Origin: Gammaproteobacteria bacterium
GTDB lineage: Bacteria > Pseudomonadota > Gammaproteobacteria > GCA-002705445 > GCA-002716945
Direction: 5' to 3'
Length of the DNA stretch: 64,000 bases
NCBI GenBank assembly: GCA_002716945.1
Contig: PBCF01000002.1
Coordinates: 482,374 to 546,373 of the forward strand
Made by a program: the position numbers and the translations under genes. Each line of letters begins with the position of its first letter. The stretch's first letter is position 1. The notes under the pieces were generated by a model, which saw only the letters and a list, made by a program, of their open reading frames with translations, had not been told where the DNA came from and did no database searches. Shown one piece after another: positions 53,250-61,724 of the stretch.

Positions 53250-54429
53250 CTTGTTGCCTTAAAAAAGCTGGGATGTCGATATTTTCATCTTCATCATCTT
53301 CATCACTATTAACACTTTTTTCAGTATTTAATAAACTAGATTGAGTATTAAAGCTCATCTGAGTTATATTTGGCTTAACTACAGCTTGCTCAACAGAGTT
53401 TATTGGTGTTTGTGCATCAATATTCGTGTTATCTGCTGAACCAAGACTACTATTGACTGTATTGATATTAGTACCCTCATCAAATCCAGTAGCAATAATT
53501 GTGACTCTCAACTCGCCAAGATTATCCTCTTCTTTAATACATCCTGTGATGATTGTTGCTTCTTCATCAGCAATATCTTTAATCTTACGTCCAATTAGAT
53601 TTAGCTCTTTCGGAGTTAAATCATCTCCAGAAGTTATATTTACAAGAACTCCTGTAGCACCTTGAAGATTAAAACTATCAAGTAATGGACAACTTAGTGC
53701 AGCGTTGATGGCATCTTCAGCTCTATTTTCTCCTTCTGCTTTTGCTGAACCCATCATGGCTTTACCTTTTCCTGACATTACTGTTTTTACATCCGCAAAA
53801 TCTACATTCATAAATCCACGAATTGTTATAATTTCAGCAATTCCTTTTACAGCTCCAGTAATGACACCATCAGCATTATCAAACTGAGAGTAAATTGAAC
53901 CATTTTCACCAAAGACTTCCATTAATTTAGTATTAGGAATTACAATTAAAGAATCTACCCATTCTTCAAGATTAACAATACCAACCTCAGCATGCTCCAT
54001 TCTTTCCTTGCCTTCCCATTCAAATGGTTTAGTTACAACCGCAACAGTTAGAATTCCTAGATCTCGTGCAATTTGTGCAATAATAGGTGCTGCACCAGTT
54101 CCAGTTCCGCCGCCCATTCCTGCTGCTATAAATAGCATGTCTGCTCCTTCTATGGTTTTTTGGAGTTGTTCCTTTGATTCAAGCGCTGCTTGTCTTCCTT
54201 TTTCTGGATCTGCACCTGCACCAAGACCATTTGTTATTTCGCTACCAATTTGAACAGTGGTTGCTCCATCAATATCTCTAAGTGCTTGTGCATCAGTATT
54301 TGCAACTATAAAGTCCGCTCCATGTATTGTATCTCTGAGCATTGTATCAACAGCATTGCCGCCAGCTCCTCCAACACCAATAACTTTGATAATTGCGTTT
54401 TGACTGTAATTATCTACTATTTCAAACAT
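53242..54429 (-). CDS. ftsZ: Cell division protein FtsZ
   Basis: GVGGAGGNA, NTD.QAL, GGGTGTG, NVDFADV, C-terminal DIPAFLRQQAD; GGAGGT SD 8 nt upstream. Confidence 0.98.
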   Translation of the reverse strand: MFEIVDNYSQNAIIKVIGVGGAGGNAVDTMLRDTIHGADFIVANTDAQALRDIDGATTVQIGSEITNGLGAGADPEKGRQAALESKEQLQKTIEGADMLFIAAGMGGGTGTGAAPIIAQIARDLGILTVAVVTKPFEWEGKERMEHAEVGIVNLEEWVDSLIVIPNTKLMEVFGENGSIYSQFDNADGVITGAVKGIAEIITIRGFMNVDFADVKTVMSGKGKAMMGSAKAEGENRAEDAINAALSCPLLDSFNLQGATGVLVNITSGDDLTPKELNLIGRKIKDIADEEATIITGCIKEEDNLGELRVTIIATGFDEGTNINTVNSSLGSADNTNIDAQTPINSVEQAVVKPNITQMSFNTQSSLLNTEKSVNSDEDDEDENIDIPAFLRQQAD

Positions 54430-54431
54430 GA

Positions 54432-54716
54432 TTAAATACCTCCGTTAGAAGTCGTTAAATTTAAATAAATAATTTTATTTTTACTAGGAATATCCATCCC
54501 TAAAGTTTCTTTATAACTTTTGTAGCTCAATTTTTTCTCATAATTTGATTTGATATCAAGTAATTTTTTATGTTGATTTAATTTTACTGATAGTGATTTT
54601 TCTTTTTTTTCTAATCCAATATTCATAAGTCTATTTTGATACTTAAGATATATTACTGAAAATGCAGAAAGTGATAATACTAGCATAATGAACAAATTAA
54701 TTGATATTTTCATCAT
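54432..54716 (-). CDS. ftsL: Cell division protein FtsL (divergent)
   Basis: Short N-terminus, TM helix, coiled coil, LGM..P motif; follows rsmH. Confidence 0.75.
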   Translation of the reverse strand: MMKISINLFIMLVLSLSAFSVIYLKYQNRLMNIGLEKKEKSLSVKLNQHKKLLDIKSNYEKKLSYKSYKETLGMDIPSKNKIIYLNLTTSNGGI

Positions 54717-55635
54717 TTTTCTCCAGTATATTCAATTTTGCTGATCTAGATCTTGGATTGGCAGAAATTTCTTCGTTTGATGGTTTTATTGATTTTGAGA
54801 TAATATTAAACATTTTAGATAAAAAAGATTTATCTAGAGGTAAATCTTTTGGTGCAGAAAGATTTGTATCAGTATAAGTTATAAAATCTTTAATTACTCT
54901 ATCTTCAAGCGAATGGTAAGTAATTAAAACTAATCTGCCTTTAGGGGCTAATACCTGATATGATTTTTCTAAAGCATTTTTCAATACTTCTAATTCTTGG
55001 TTGATATAAATTCGTATAGCTTGGAAAGTTCGAGTTGCATTGTGTTTATTTTTATCATTTTTTGGAACAGATTGATTTATGATGTTAACTAAATCATGTG
55101 TGTTTTCAATTTTATTAGATTTTCTAAATGATATTATTTTTTTAGCTATCTTATTTGCATATCTTTCTTGTCCAAATTTCTTTATAACATTTCTTAATTG
55201 CTCTTCACTAACTTCTGATATCCACTCTCTAGCTGGGGATCCACTATTCTGATCAAATCTCATATCAAGAGGGCCGTCATTTTTAAAACTAAAGCCTCTT
55301 TTTGGGTTATCTAGATGTTCAGATGAAACACCTAAATCAAATAAGATTCCATTCACAGAACCATGAATTCCCCAGTCTTTAGTTATTACGTCTAGGGAAG
55401 AGAAACATCCGTGTTTAAGAGTAAATCTTTTATCACTTAAAGTATTCTTGTTTGCATTTTTTATAGCATCAAAGTCTTTTTCAATGGAATATAACTTACC
55501 ATCATTATTTAAATAATTTAGTATCTCTTGTGAATGTCCACCAGATCCAAATGTTGTATCTATATAGATACCAGACTTTTTAACGCAAAGCGCTTGTATT
55601 GATTCTTCTTTCATAACTGGAATATGATTTATCAT
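54697..55635 (-). CDS. rsmH: 16S rRNA m4C1402 methyltransferase
   Basis: HIPVM, D.TFGSGGHS, DLGVSS, PLDMR, FQAIRIYIN.E, YHSLEDR, NPRSRSAKL. Confidence 0.97.
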   Translation of the reverse strand: MINHIPVMKEESIQALCVKKSGIYIDTTFGSGGHSQEILNYLNNDGKLYSIEKDFDAIKNANKNTLSDKRFTLKHGCFSSLDVITKDWGIHGSVNGILFDLGVSSEHLDNPKRGFSFKNDGPLDMRFDQNSGSPAREWISEVSEEQLRNVIKKFGQERYANKIAKKIISFRKSNKIENTHDLVNIINQSVPKNDKNKHNATRTFQAIRIYINQELEVLKNALEKSYQVLAPKGRLVLITYHSLEDRVIKDFITYTDTNLSAPKDLPLDKSFLSKMFNIISKSIKPSNEEISANPRSRSAKLNILEKNDENIN

Positions 55636-55832
55636 CCTGTTAGCTTTTTAAATTTCATTATGTTGTCGTAAGCTTCTCTAGCTTCAATAAATCTTTGATT
55701 AGAATCCAAGTCATTACTTGTCTTGTCAGGATGATGCTTTAAGGCAACTTTAATAAATGCTCTTTTAATTTTACTTAAATCTTCGTTTCCTTTAATATCA
55801 AGTATTTTATAACATTGGGTTAAATTCATCAT
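55632..55832 (-). CDS. Stand-alone J-domain (DnaJ-domain) protein, 66 aa
   Basis: YKILDI..IKRAF...LKHHPDK...F...REAY J-domain with intact HPD; ATGA overlaps with both neighbours. Confidence 0.85.
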   Translation of the reverse strand: MMNLTQCYKILDIKGNEDLSKIKRAFIKVALKHHPDKTSNDLDSNQRFIEAREAYDNIMKFKKLTG

Positions 55833-56281
55833 ATACGTACATCTCCCAAAACTGATTCTTCGTTTTCATCAGTTTCTTCAGTTTTCCATTTAGAGACTTG
55901 GCTTTGCCACAGATCATCATTCCAAATTTCAAATTTTTCACCTTGGCCAATTAAAGTCACTTTCTTAACTAAATCTGCAGAGTTTCTTAGAGGTTTAGAA
56001 ATCAAAATTCTACCATTATTGTCCATTACTACATCTTCAGCATGGCCAACTAATAACCTTTGAATTCTTCTAGCATTTTTATTAAATGAAGGTAAGTTGT
56101 TGATTCTTTTCTGTATTTCATTCCATATTTGTAATGTGTAAAGCAATAAACACTTTTCTTCAGTATCTATGGTGATAACCATATTACCATTGACTTGGTT
56201 GGTTATAACTTCCCTAAATTTTGTAGGAATCGCTAAACGACCTTTTGTATCTAAATTAATGTTATGGATACCCTTAAACAT
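55829..56281 (-). CDS. mraZ: Division/cell wall cluster transcriptional repressor MraZ
   Basis: MFKG...LDTKGRLAIP and DNNGRILI twin motifs, G.GEKFEIW; start at ATG 56281. Confidence 0.96.
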   Translation of the reverse strand: MFKGIHNINLDTKGRLAIPTKFREVITNQVNGNMVITIDTEEKCLLLYTLQIWNEIQKRINNLPSFNKNARRIQRLLVGHAEDVVMDNNGRILISKPLRNSADLVKKVTLIGQGEKFEIWNDDLWQSQVSKWKTEETDENEESVLGDVRI

Positions 56282-56330
56282 ATTAACCACTATTTCCCAT
56301 AATTTAACAAAAATTACCATATTTCAACAC
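56281..56330 (-). promoter_or_regulatory. MraZ operator: five degenerate direct repeats with 10-bp period
   Basis: Minus strand GTGTTGAAAT/ATGGTAATTT/TTGTTAAATT/ATGGGAAATA/GTGGTTAATA directly before the ATG; resembles the TGGGN/GTGG boxes bound by MraZ. Confidence 0.7.
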
Positions 56331-56357
56331 TATATGCTTTTTATTTAGAATATGCAA
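56329..56357 (-). promoter_or_regulatory. Sigma70 promoter of the dcw operon
   Basis: TTGCAT-N17-TATAGT; the -10 overlaps the first MraZ repeat. Confidence 0.65.
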
Positions 56358-56467
56358 GGTTTATAAGCTTTTTATGCGGTCTAATATGTTGTTTTTTATA
56401 GAAAAATAATGGAATAGTTATATAAAACATATATTTATAAGAGGTTTGAAGAATTCTTATATGGATG

Positions 56468-56805
56468 AGAGAGTCGATCTATAAGCCGGGTTCTGTCAAA
56501 GTACAGTTATTTATCTAGGATATATGTCACCATATACCTCAAGCAGCAACCACATAGCAAGTCATGGGTAAACATATGCTATAAATTTGCCTTGCTCCGA
56601 GTGGGGTTTACTTAACCGTATGAGTTACCTCGATACGTGGTAAGCTCTTACCTTACCTTTTCACCCTTACCTTAATATTAAGGCGGTTCTTTTCTGTAGC
56701 ACTTTCCGTGGATTCGCATCCCCCAGGTATTACCTGGCACTCTTGCCCATAGGAGCCCGGACTTTCCTCTATATTTATATATAGCAACCGTACGATCGGC
56801 TCTCT
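56468..56805 (-). ncRNA. rnpB: RNase P RNA, bacterial type A (about 338 nt)
   Basis: GAGGAAAGTCCGGGCTC and ACAGAACCCGGCTTAT conserved regions; P1 AGAGAGCCGATC/GATCGACTCTCT; canonical position upstream of mraZ. Confidence 0.96.
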
Positions 56806-56812
56806 AAAAAGA

Positions 56813-56840
56813 ATTATACTAAATTGTTATCACCTGTAAA
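56813..56840 (-). promoter_or_regulatory. rnpB promoter
   Basis: TTTACA-N16-TATAAT ending 7 nt before the P1 5' end. Confidence 0.65.
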
Positions 56841-56849
56841 TGATTCTTT

Positions 56850-57656
56850 TTATTTTAATGCTACTATATACCCTATCCAACCAGCATCAGCATCGCATTT
56901 TTTTACGCTATAAAATTTATCACTCTCTTCATTTTTTTTCTTATCCCAACCCTGCATATATATATCAACTTGTTTAAATCCAACCTCCTTTAAACATTCT
57001 GTAATCTCTGGTAAAGACCATAACCTCCAGTCATACCTAAATGCTTTCTTAATCTTAGATCCATTATTAAATTCAAAATGAATATAGCAGGTCATATGGT
57101 TGTTAATTGGATTAAACTTATTTTGATCCCAAACATAGGTAAAATGTTTATGTTTGGTTTTTTCCTCAAGTTCTTGATGCGCTTCATATCCTCCAAATGC
57201 ATCTAAAATAAAAATTCCATTTTTTTTTAAATTTTTAAGGGAATTTAAAAAGTATTTCTTCAAAGTATGTCTTTCTTTAAAAACCCAATAACTGAAATTG
57301 GTAGCTAAAACACAATTTACCTTTTTATTTTTTTTGTTCAAAGAATCCCCTTGTATTAAAAATAATCTATTTAATTGTTCTGTTGATATTCTTTTCTTAG
57401 CTTTAGTCAAAGCTATTTTTAGTACATTCTTATCAATATCAATAGCATATGCTTTTTTATTTTTAGTTTTGACCCATTCTGTAGATATAAATGCAGAAGA
57501 ACAAAAATCTTCCCTAATATCTAAACAATTTCCTCTATTGTTCTTCTTAAACATTTTATTAATAAATTCAACTTCAAATTCAACTGATTGAACAGATTTT
57601 TCATAAAGATCATATATATCAGCGTTCTTAGCTGTTAGTGTGTATTTTCTCTTCAT
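56850..57656 (-). CDS. Class I SAM-dependent methyltransferase, unknown substrate
   Basis: YEKSVQ, REDFC, AIDID, GD, NFSYW, YDWRLWSLPE. Confidence 0.75.
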   Translation of the reverse strand: MKRKYTLTAKNADIYDLYEKSVQSVEFEVEFINKMFKKNNRGNCLDIREDFCSSAFISTEWVKTKNKKAYAIDIDKNVLKIALTKAKKRISTEQLNRLFLIQGDSLNKKNKKVNCVLATNFSYWVFKERHTLKKYFLNSLKNLKKNGIFILDAFGGYEAHQELEEKTKHKHFTYVWDQNKFNPINNHMTCYIHFEFNNGSKIKKAFRYDWRLWSLPEITECLKEVGFKQVDIYMQGWDKKKNEESDKFYSVKKCDADAGWIGYIVALK

Positions 57657-58605
57657 CGCAAACTACCGTAAAATTTAATAAATTTTCTATATTTGATTTG
57701 CCTTGTATTATAGAAGACAATAAATGTTTCCATTTTTTAGAATATTCTGTTTTATAATAAATATTATATAAGTGTCTTAACATATAATATTTGTTTTCCC
57801 CATTCTTAATTTCTTCATCTATATAACTCTTATATGTATATACCAATTTTTTAATAGATGTAGTTTTATTCATATCGAACAATTCCTTTTCTAATTCTAA
57901 AAGAAACATAGGTTCATCATATATTTTCCTTCCAATCATGATTCCATCATAATCTTTTATATTTTTTTTGATGTCATCTAAAGTGGATATTCCACCATTG
58001 AGTATAATTTTCAAATCTGGATATGTTTTTTTAATATATAAGACATCTTCATATCTTAGTTCCGGTACCGTTCTATTTTTTTTTGGACTTAATTTTCCCA
58101 ATATTGCATTTCTGGCATGAATAATAAAGTTTGTGCATCCAGAATCTTTCGTCATGTCTATTAATTTTTTTAATCTATTTAGGTTTTTATCATATCCTAA
58201 GCCTAATCTTGTTTTAATAGATATAGGCAAAGAACAGCTTTTTTTAATTTCTTTCACACATTTAGAAACTTTCTCTGGATAATCCATCAATATAGCTCCA
58301 AATTCACCTTTTATAACTTTATTGCTTGGACAGCCAATATTGAGATTGATTTCATCATAGCCATTTACTTCAGCAATCTCAGAACATTTAGCAAATTTAT
58401 TAGGATCAGTTCCAGCTAATTGTATAGTTATTGGATGTTCATTTTTTTTTACCTGATATGCTTGTCTATCAGTATTCAAAAACGCATCACATGTAATCAT
58501 TTCAGTATATAAATTGATATTTTTAGATAAAATACGTACCAGCATTCTAAAATGCTTGTCTGTTCTTCCAACCATTGGAGCTAAATATATTCGTTTATTG
58601 GTCAT
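57628..58605 (-). CDS. dusA: tRNA dihydrouridine(20/20a) synthase DusA
   Basis: LAPM, QLAG, NIGCPS, KTRLG, HARNA..LSPKKNR..P.L.Y, NGGI, IGR. Confidence 0.92.
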   Translation of the reverse strand: MTNKRIYLAPMVGRTDKHFRMLVRILSKNINLYTEMITCDAFLNTDRQAYQVKKNEHPITIQLAGTDPNKFAKCSEIAEVNGYDEINLNIGCPSNKVIKGEFGAILMDYPEKVSKCVKEIKKSCSLPISIKTRLGLGYDKNLNRLKKLIDMTKDSGCTNFIIHARNAILGKLSPKKNRTVPELRYEDVLYIKKTYPDLKIILNGGISTLDDIKKNIKDYDGIMIGRKIYDEPMFLLELEKELFDMNKTTSIKKLVYTYKSYIDEEIKNGENKYYMLRHLYNIYYKTEYSKKWKHLLSSIIQGKSNIENLLNFTVVCDEEKIHTNS

Positions 58606-58653
58606 GCTAGGTTATTCTATTATATATGAGAGAAAAAATTTAAATAGTAGATT

Positions 58654-59265
58654 ATGTATAAAATTAATAAAAAACAAGTGACAACTTTAATTTTGGCTGG
58701 TGGCAAATCTACAAGAATGGACGGTCAAGATAAAGGGTTATTAAATGTAGAAGGTAAATATATAATAAATTATATAATTAATATTGCTGAAAAATACTCC
58801 AAAAAAATAATAGTAAATGTTAATAGAAACTTTGAAAAATATGAGGCAATGGGGTTAGTAATTTGCAAAGATGTACTAGATGACTTTCAAGGGCCGCTTG
58901 CAGGTATATATTCAGGCTTGATGATGATAGATACTGAATATATGATAACTTTACCTTGCGATGGTCCATTTATTAGAGATATATTTTTTAAAAAAATGAT
59001 TTCATCAGATAACAATGCTGATATAAATGTTGCTCATGATGGAAAAAGAATACAACCTGTATATTGTATGATAAAAAAAAGTGTAACTAATAATCTAGAA
59101 AGTTTTCTTAAAACAGACCAACGAAAAATAGATAAATGGTTTGAAAATAATATAACAAATTTGATAGATTTTTCACAATATAATGAGATGTTTGTTAATA
59201 TTAATGATAAAAATGAATTAGAAAAGTATAAAAAACAAATTTTAAATAATATAAAAAATGAATGA
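58654..59265 (+). CDS. mobA: Molybdenum cofactor guanylyltransferase
   Basis: LAGGKSTRMDGQDKGL, NVNRN, GPLAGI, PCDGP, FVNIND. Confidence 0.92.
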   Translation: MYKINKKQVTTLILAGGKSTRMDGQDKGLLNVEGKYIINYIINIAEKYSKKIIVNVNRNFEKYEAMGLVICKDVLDDFQGPLAGIYSGLMMIDTEYMITLPCDGPFIRDIFFKKMISSDNNADINVAHDGKRIQPVYCMIKKSVTNNLESFLKTDQRKIDKWFENNITNLIDFSQYNEMFVNINDKNELEKYKKQILNNIKNE

Positions 59266-59791
59266 TTTAGAAAAAAGAATTGCTTGGGGATTAACAGGTT
59301 CTGGTCACTATTTAAAAGAGTCTATGGAAATTATTAAATCTTTAGATAATGTTGATTTATTTTTAAGCAAAGCTGGATATGAGGTTTTAAAATGGTACGA
59401 TTATGATTTAAAAGATCTTAAGAAAGATGGAATTAAAGTTTTTAAAGATGTAACTGCAAGTTCAGCGCCTGTTAGTTTGTTTTATGAAGATATATATAAA
59501 TTACTTGTAATTGCACCAGCTACATCTAATACTGTCGCTCAAATGGCTTATGGTATGTCAGATAATTTAATAACAAATATTTTTGCTCAGGCTGGAAAAT
59601 GTAATATACATTCAATTGTATTTGCATGTGATACTGAGCCTGTTGTAATAACTGAAGCTCCAAAAAAAATGGTAACATTATATCCAAGAGAAATTGATCT
59701 TAAAAATTATAAATTACTAAAAGAATTCAAAAATACTGATGTAGTTAAACATGTAACTGAACTTAAATCGGCATTAAAAAAATGGACGTAA
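59258..59791 (+). CDS. dmrB: Dihydromethanopterin reductase-like flavoprotein (AfpA/DmrB family)
   Basis: IAWGLTGSGH, APATSNTVA, D.L.TN.FAQAGK, VFACDT, PR.ID; context of pterin biosynthesis genes. Confidence 0.82.
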   Translation: MNDLEKRIAWGLTGSGHYLKESMEIIKSLDNVDLFLSKAGYEVLKWYDYDLKDLKKDGIKVFKDVTASSAPVSLFYEDIYKLLVIAPATSNTVAQMAYGMSDNLITNIFAQAGKCNIHSIVFACDTEPVVITEAPKKMVTLYPREIDLKNYKLLKEFKNTDVVKHVTELKSALKKWT

Positions 59792-61167
59792 AAGAAAATA
59801 TATTATTTATAACTGGTAAATTAGCTGAAAAAAACCTCAGAAGAGTTTTAGATCAAATAGAAGACAAGGAATTTAATTTTGAGATAAGAAACTTAAGCAT
59901 AAATGTAGCAGCTTTATTGACTACAGATATGATAAAAAGACGTATTGGTAATACACAAGGTTTTACAAAACTAATTTTACCAGGGAGAGTAAGAGGAAAT
60001 ATAGAAGATTTAAGTAAAAAACTTAATATAGAAGTTCTTAGGGGTCCAGATGAATTAAAAGACCTACCTACTTTATTTGGACGTAAATCTCTAGATTTTG
60101 ATTTGTCCAAATATGAAATATCAATCTTTGCCGAAATAACAGATGCGCCAAATTTAAGTGTGTCAGAGATTTTAGATATAGCAACTTCATATCGTAATGA
60201 TGGCGCAGATGTAATTGATATTGGATGTTTACCCAATGTTAAATTTAATCATTTATCTGAAACAGTACAAGAATTAAAAAAGCATGATTTTTATGTGAGT
60301 GTTGATTCCCATGATAATGATGAACTTATTACTGGGGGTAAGTCTGGAGCAGATTATTTATTAAGTATAAAATCAGATAATATGTTTATATTAGATGAAG
60401 TAGAATCTAATCCAGTATTAATACCTCATAATGGTGATATGAACACACTTTTTAATGCAATAGAAAAATGTATTGAATTAAAAAAAACATTTATCGCAGA
60501 TCCAATATTAGATCCAATACATTTCGGTTTTACAAAATCAATATCTAGATATACTCAAATTAGAGAAAGGTATCCAGATATACATATAATGATGGGAACT
60601 GGAAATATAACAGAGTTGACACATGCTGATACTACAGGGATAACATTAATGTTATTAGGAATCATGTCTGAATTAAAACTTAATCATGTTCTTACGACAC
60701 AGGTAAGTGATCATTGTCGAACTGTGATAAAAGAAACAGACTTGGCAAGACGAATCATTCACGCATCTAACGAGAATAACATGACACCTAAACACATTAG
60801 CAATCAACTACTTGTAACCCATGAGGATACACCTTATAAATATACATACGATGAAGTAATTGAATTATCTAAAAATATACGCGACCCCAGTTACAGAATT
60901 ATTGTAACTAAAGAAGGAATACATTTATTCAATAGAGATGGGATGCATACTTTTAAGGATCCATTTGATTTTTTCCAACATTTAAATGTTGGAAAAGATA
61001 CAGGGCATGCATTTTATTTAGGGGTTGAACTTGCTAGAGCTCAAATTGCATATCAAATTGGTAAATTTTATTCTCAAGATGAAGAGCTTAATTGGGGTTG
61101 TTTGGTTGACAATGAAGAAGATGATAAAATGACATTTAAACCTACAGGACCGACATATAAGAAATGA
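59782..61167 (+). CDS. Dihydropteroate-synthase-related protein (DUF6513 / Orf20 of H4MPT clusters)
   Basis: LFITGKLAE, RGPDELKDLP, IFAEI.DAP, GADVIDIGC, SVDS, DPILDPIHFGF, MGTGNITELT.ADTTG, HAFYLGVELARA. Confidence 0.85.
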   Translation: MDVKENILFITGKLAEKNLRRVLDQIEDKEFNFEIRNLSINVAALLTTDMIKRRIGNTQGFTKLILPGRVRGNIEDLSKKLNIEVLRGPDELKDLPTLFGRKSLDFDLSKYEISIFAEITDAPNLSVSEILDIATSYRNDGADVIDIGCLPNVKFNHLSETVQELKKHDFYVSVDSHDNDELITGGKSGADYLLSIKSDNMFILDEVESNPVLIPHNGDMNTLFNAIEKCIELKKTFIADPILDPIHFGFTKSISRYTQIRERYPDIHIMMGTGNITELTHADTTGITLMLLGIMSELKLNHVLTTQVSDHCRTVIKETDLARRIIHASNENNMTPKHISNQLLVTHEDTPYKYTYDEVIELSKNIRDPSYRIIVTKEGIHLFNRDGMHTFKDPFDFFQHLNVGKDTGHAFYLGVELARAQIAYQIGKFYSQDEELNWGCLVDNEEDDKMTFKPTGPTYKK

Positions 61168-61724
61168 TTCATGAATCAATTGTAATCAGTAAATCTAATG
61201 GGAAAATTCATATAGCTCCTATGGGTATAGAAATGAATTCAGAATTGGTAATAATAAAGCCATTCAAACCATCAACAACATTAGAAAATTTAAAAAATAA
61301 TGGTATAGCAACTGTCAATTTTACTGATGATGTTAGAATATTTGCCGGTATTGTTTCAGGGTTTAAAAAAAATTGGGATATTATTGATAATAATAAATTT
61401 GACATACCTAGATTAAAAATTGCAAATACTCACTTAGACGTTAAAGTCCAAAAAGTGTTTGATAATGATTTGAGACCAAAGATTGAATGTCAAATTCTTA
61501 ACAAAGCAATGCATTTTCCATTCCATGGTTTTAATAGAGCGCAGTTTTCAGTAATAGAAGCATCTGTCCTAATAAGTAGAATGGGTATAATATCAATGGA
61601 AAAAATAGAGGATGAGATAAAATACTTAAAAATTGGAATTGATAAAACAGCTGGATCTAAAGAGAAAGAAGCTTGGGATTGGATTGAAAAAAGTATAAAT
61701 AATTATAGAAAGAAAAATGACTAA
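61164..61724 (+). CDS. DUF447 family protein (H4MPT-cluster associated)
   Basis: IHESIV, HIAPMG, PFKPSTTLEN, TDDVRIFAG, GFNRAQ.SVIE.SVL.SR, KTAG..E.EAW. Confidence 0.85.
   Translation: MIHESIVISKSNGKIHIAPMGIEMNSELVIIKPFKPSTTLENLKNNGIATVNFTDDVRIFAGIVSGFKKNWDIIDNNKFDIPRLKIANTHLDVKVQKVFDNDLRPKIECQILNKAMHFPFHGFNRAQFSVIEASVLISRMGIISMEKIEDEIKYLKIGIDKTAGSKEKEAWDWIEKSINNYRKKND

Noticed and set aside
53242-53261. Programmed frameshift giving an FtsZ-FtsI fusion
   Set aside because: FtsZ ends in its normal conserved tail with a stop; no clear slippery site plus stimulator; SD+CTG initiation is simpler
56400-56467. TATAAGA...TCTTATA inverted repeat after rnpB as a terminator
   Set aside because: All-AT-rich 7-bp stem with a 12-nt loop and no adjacent U-tract; too weak to call
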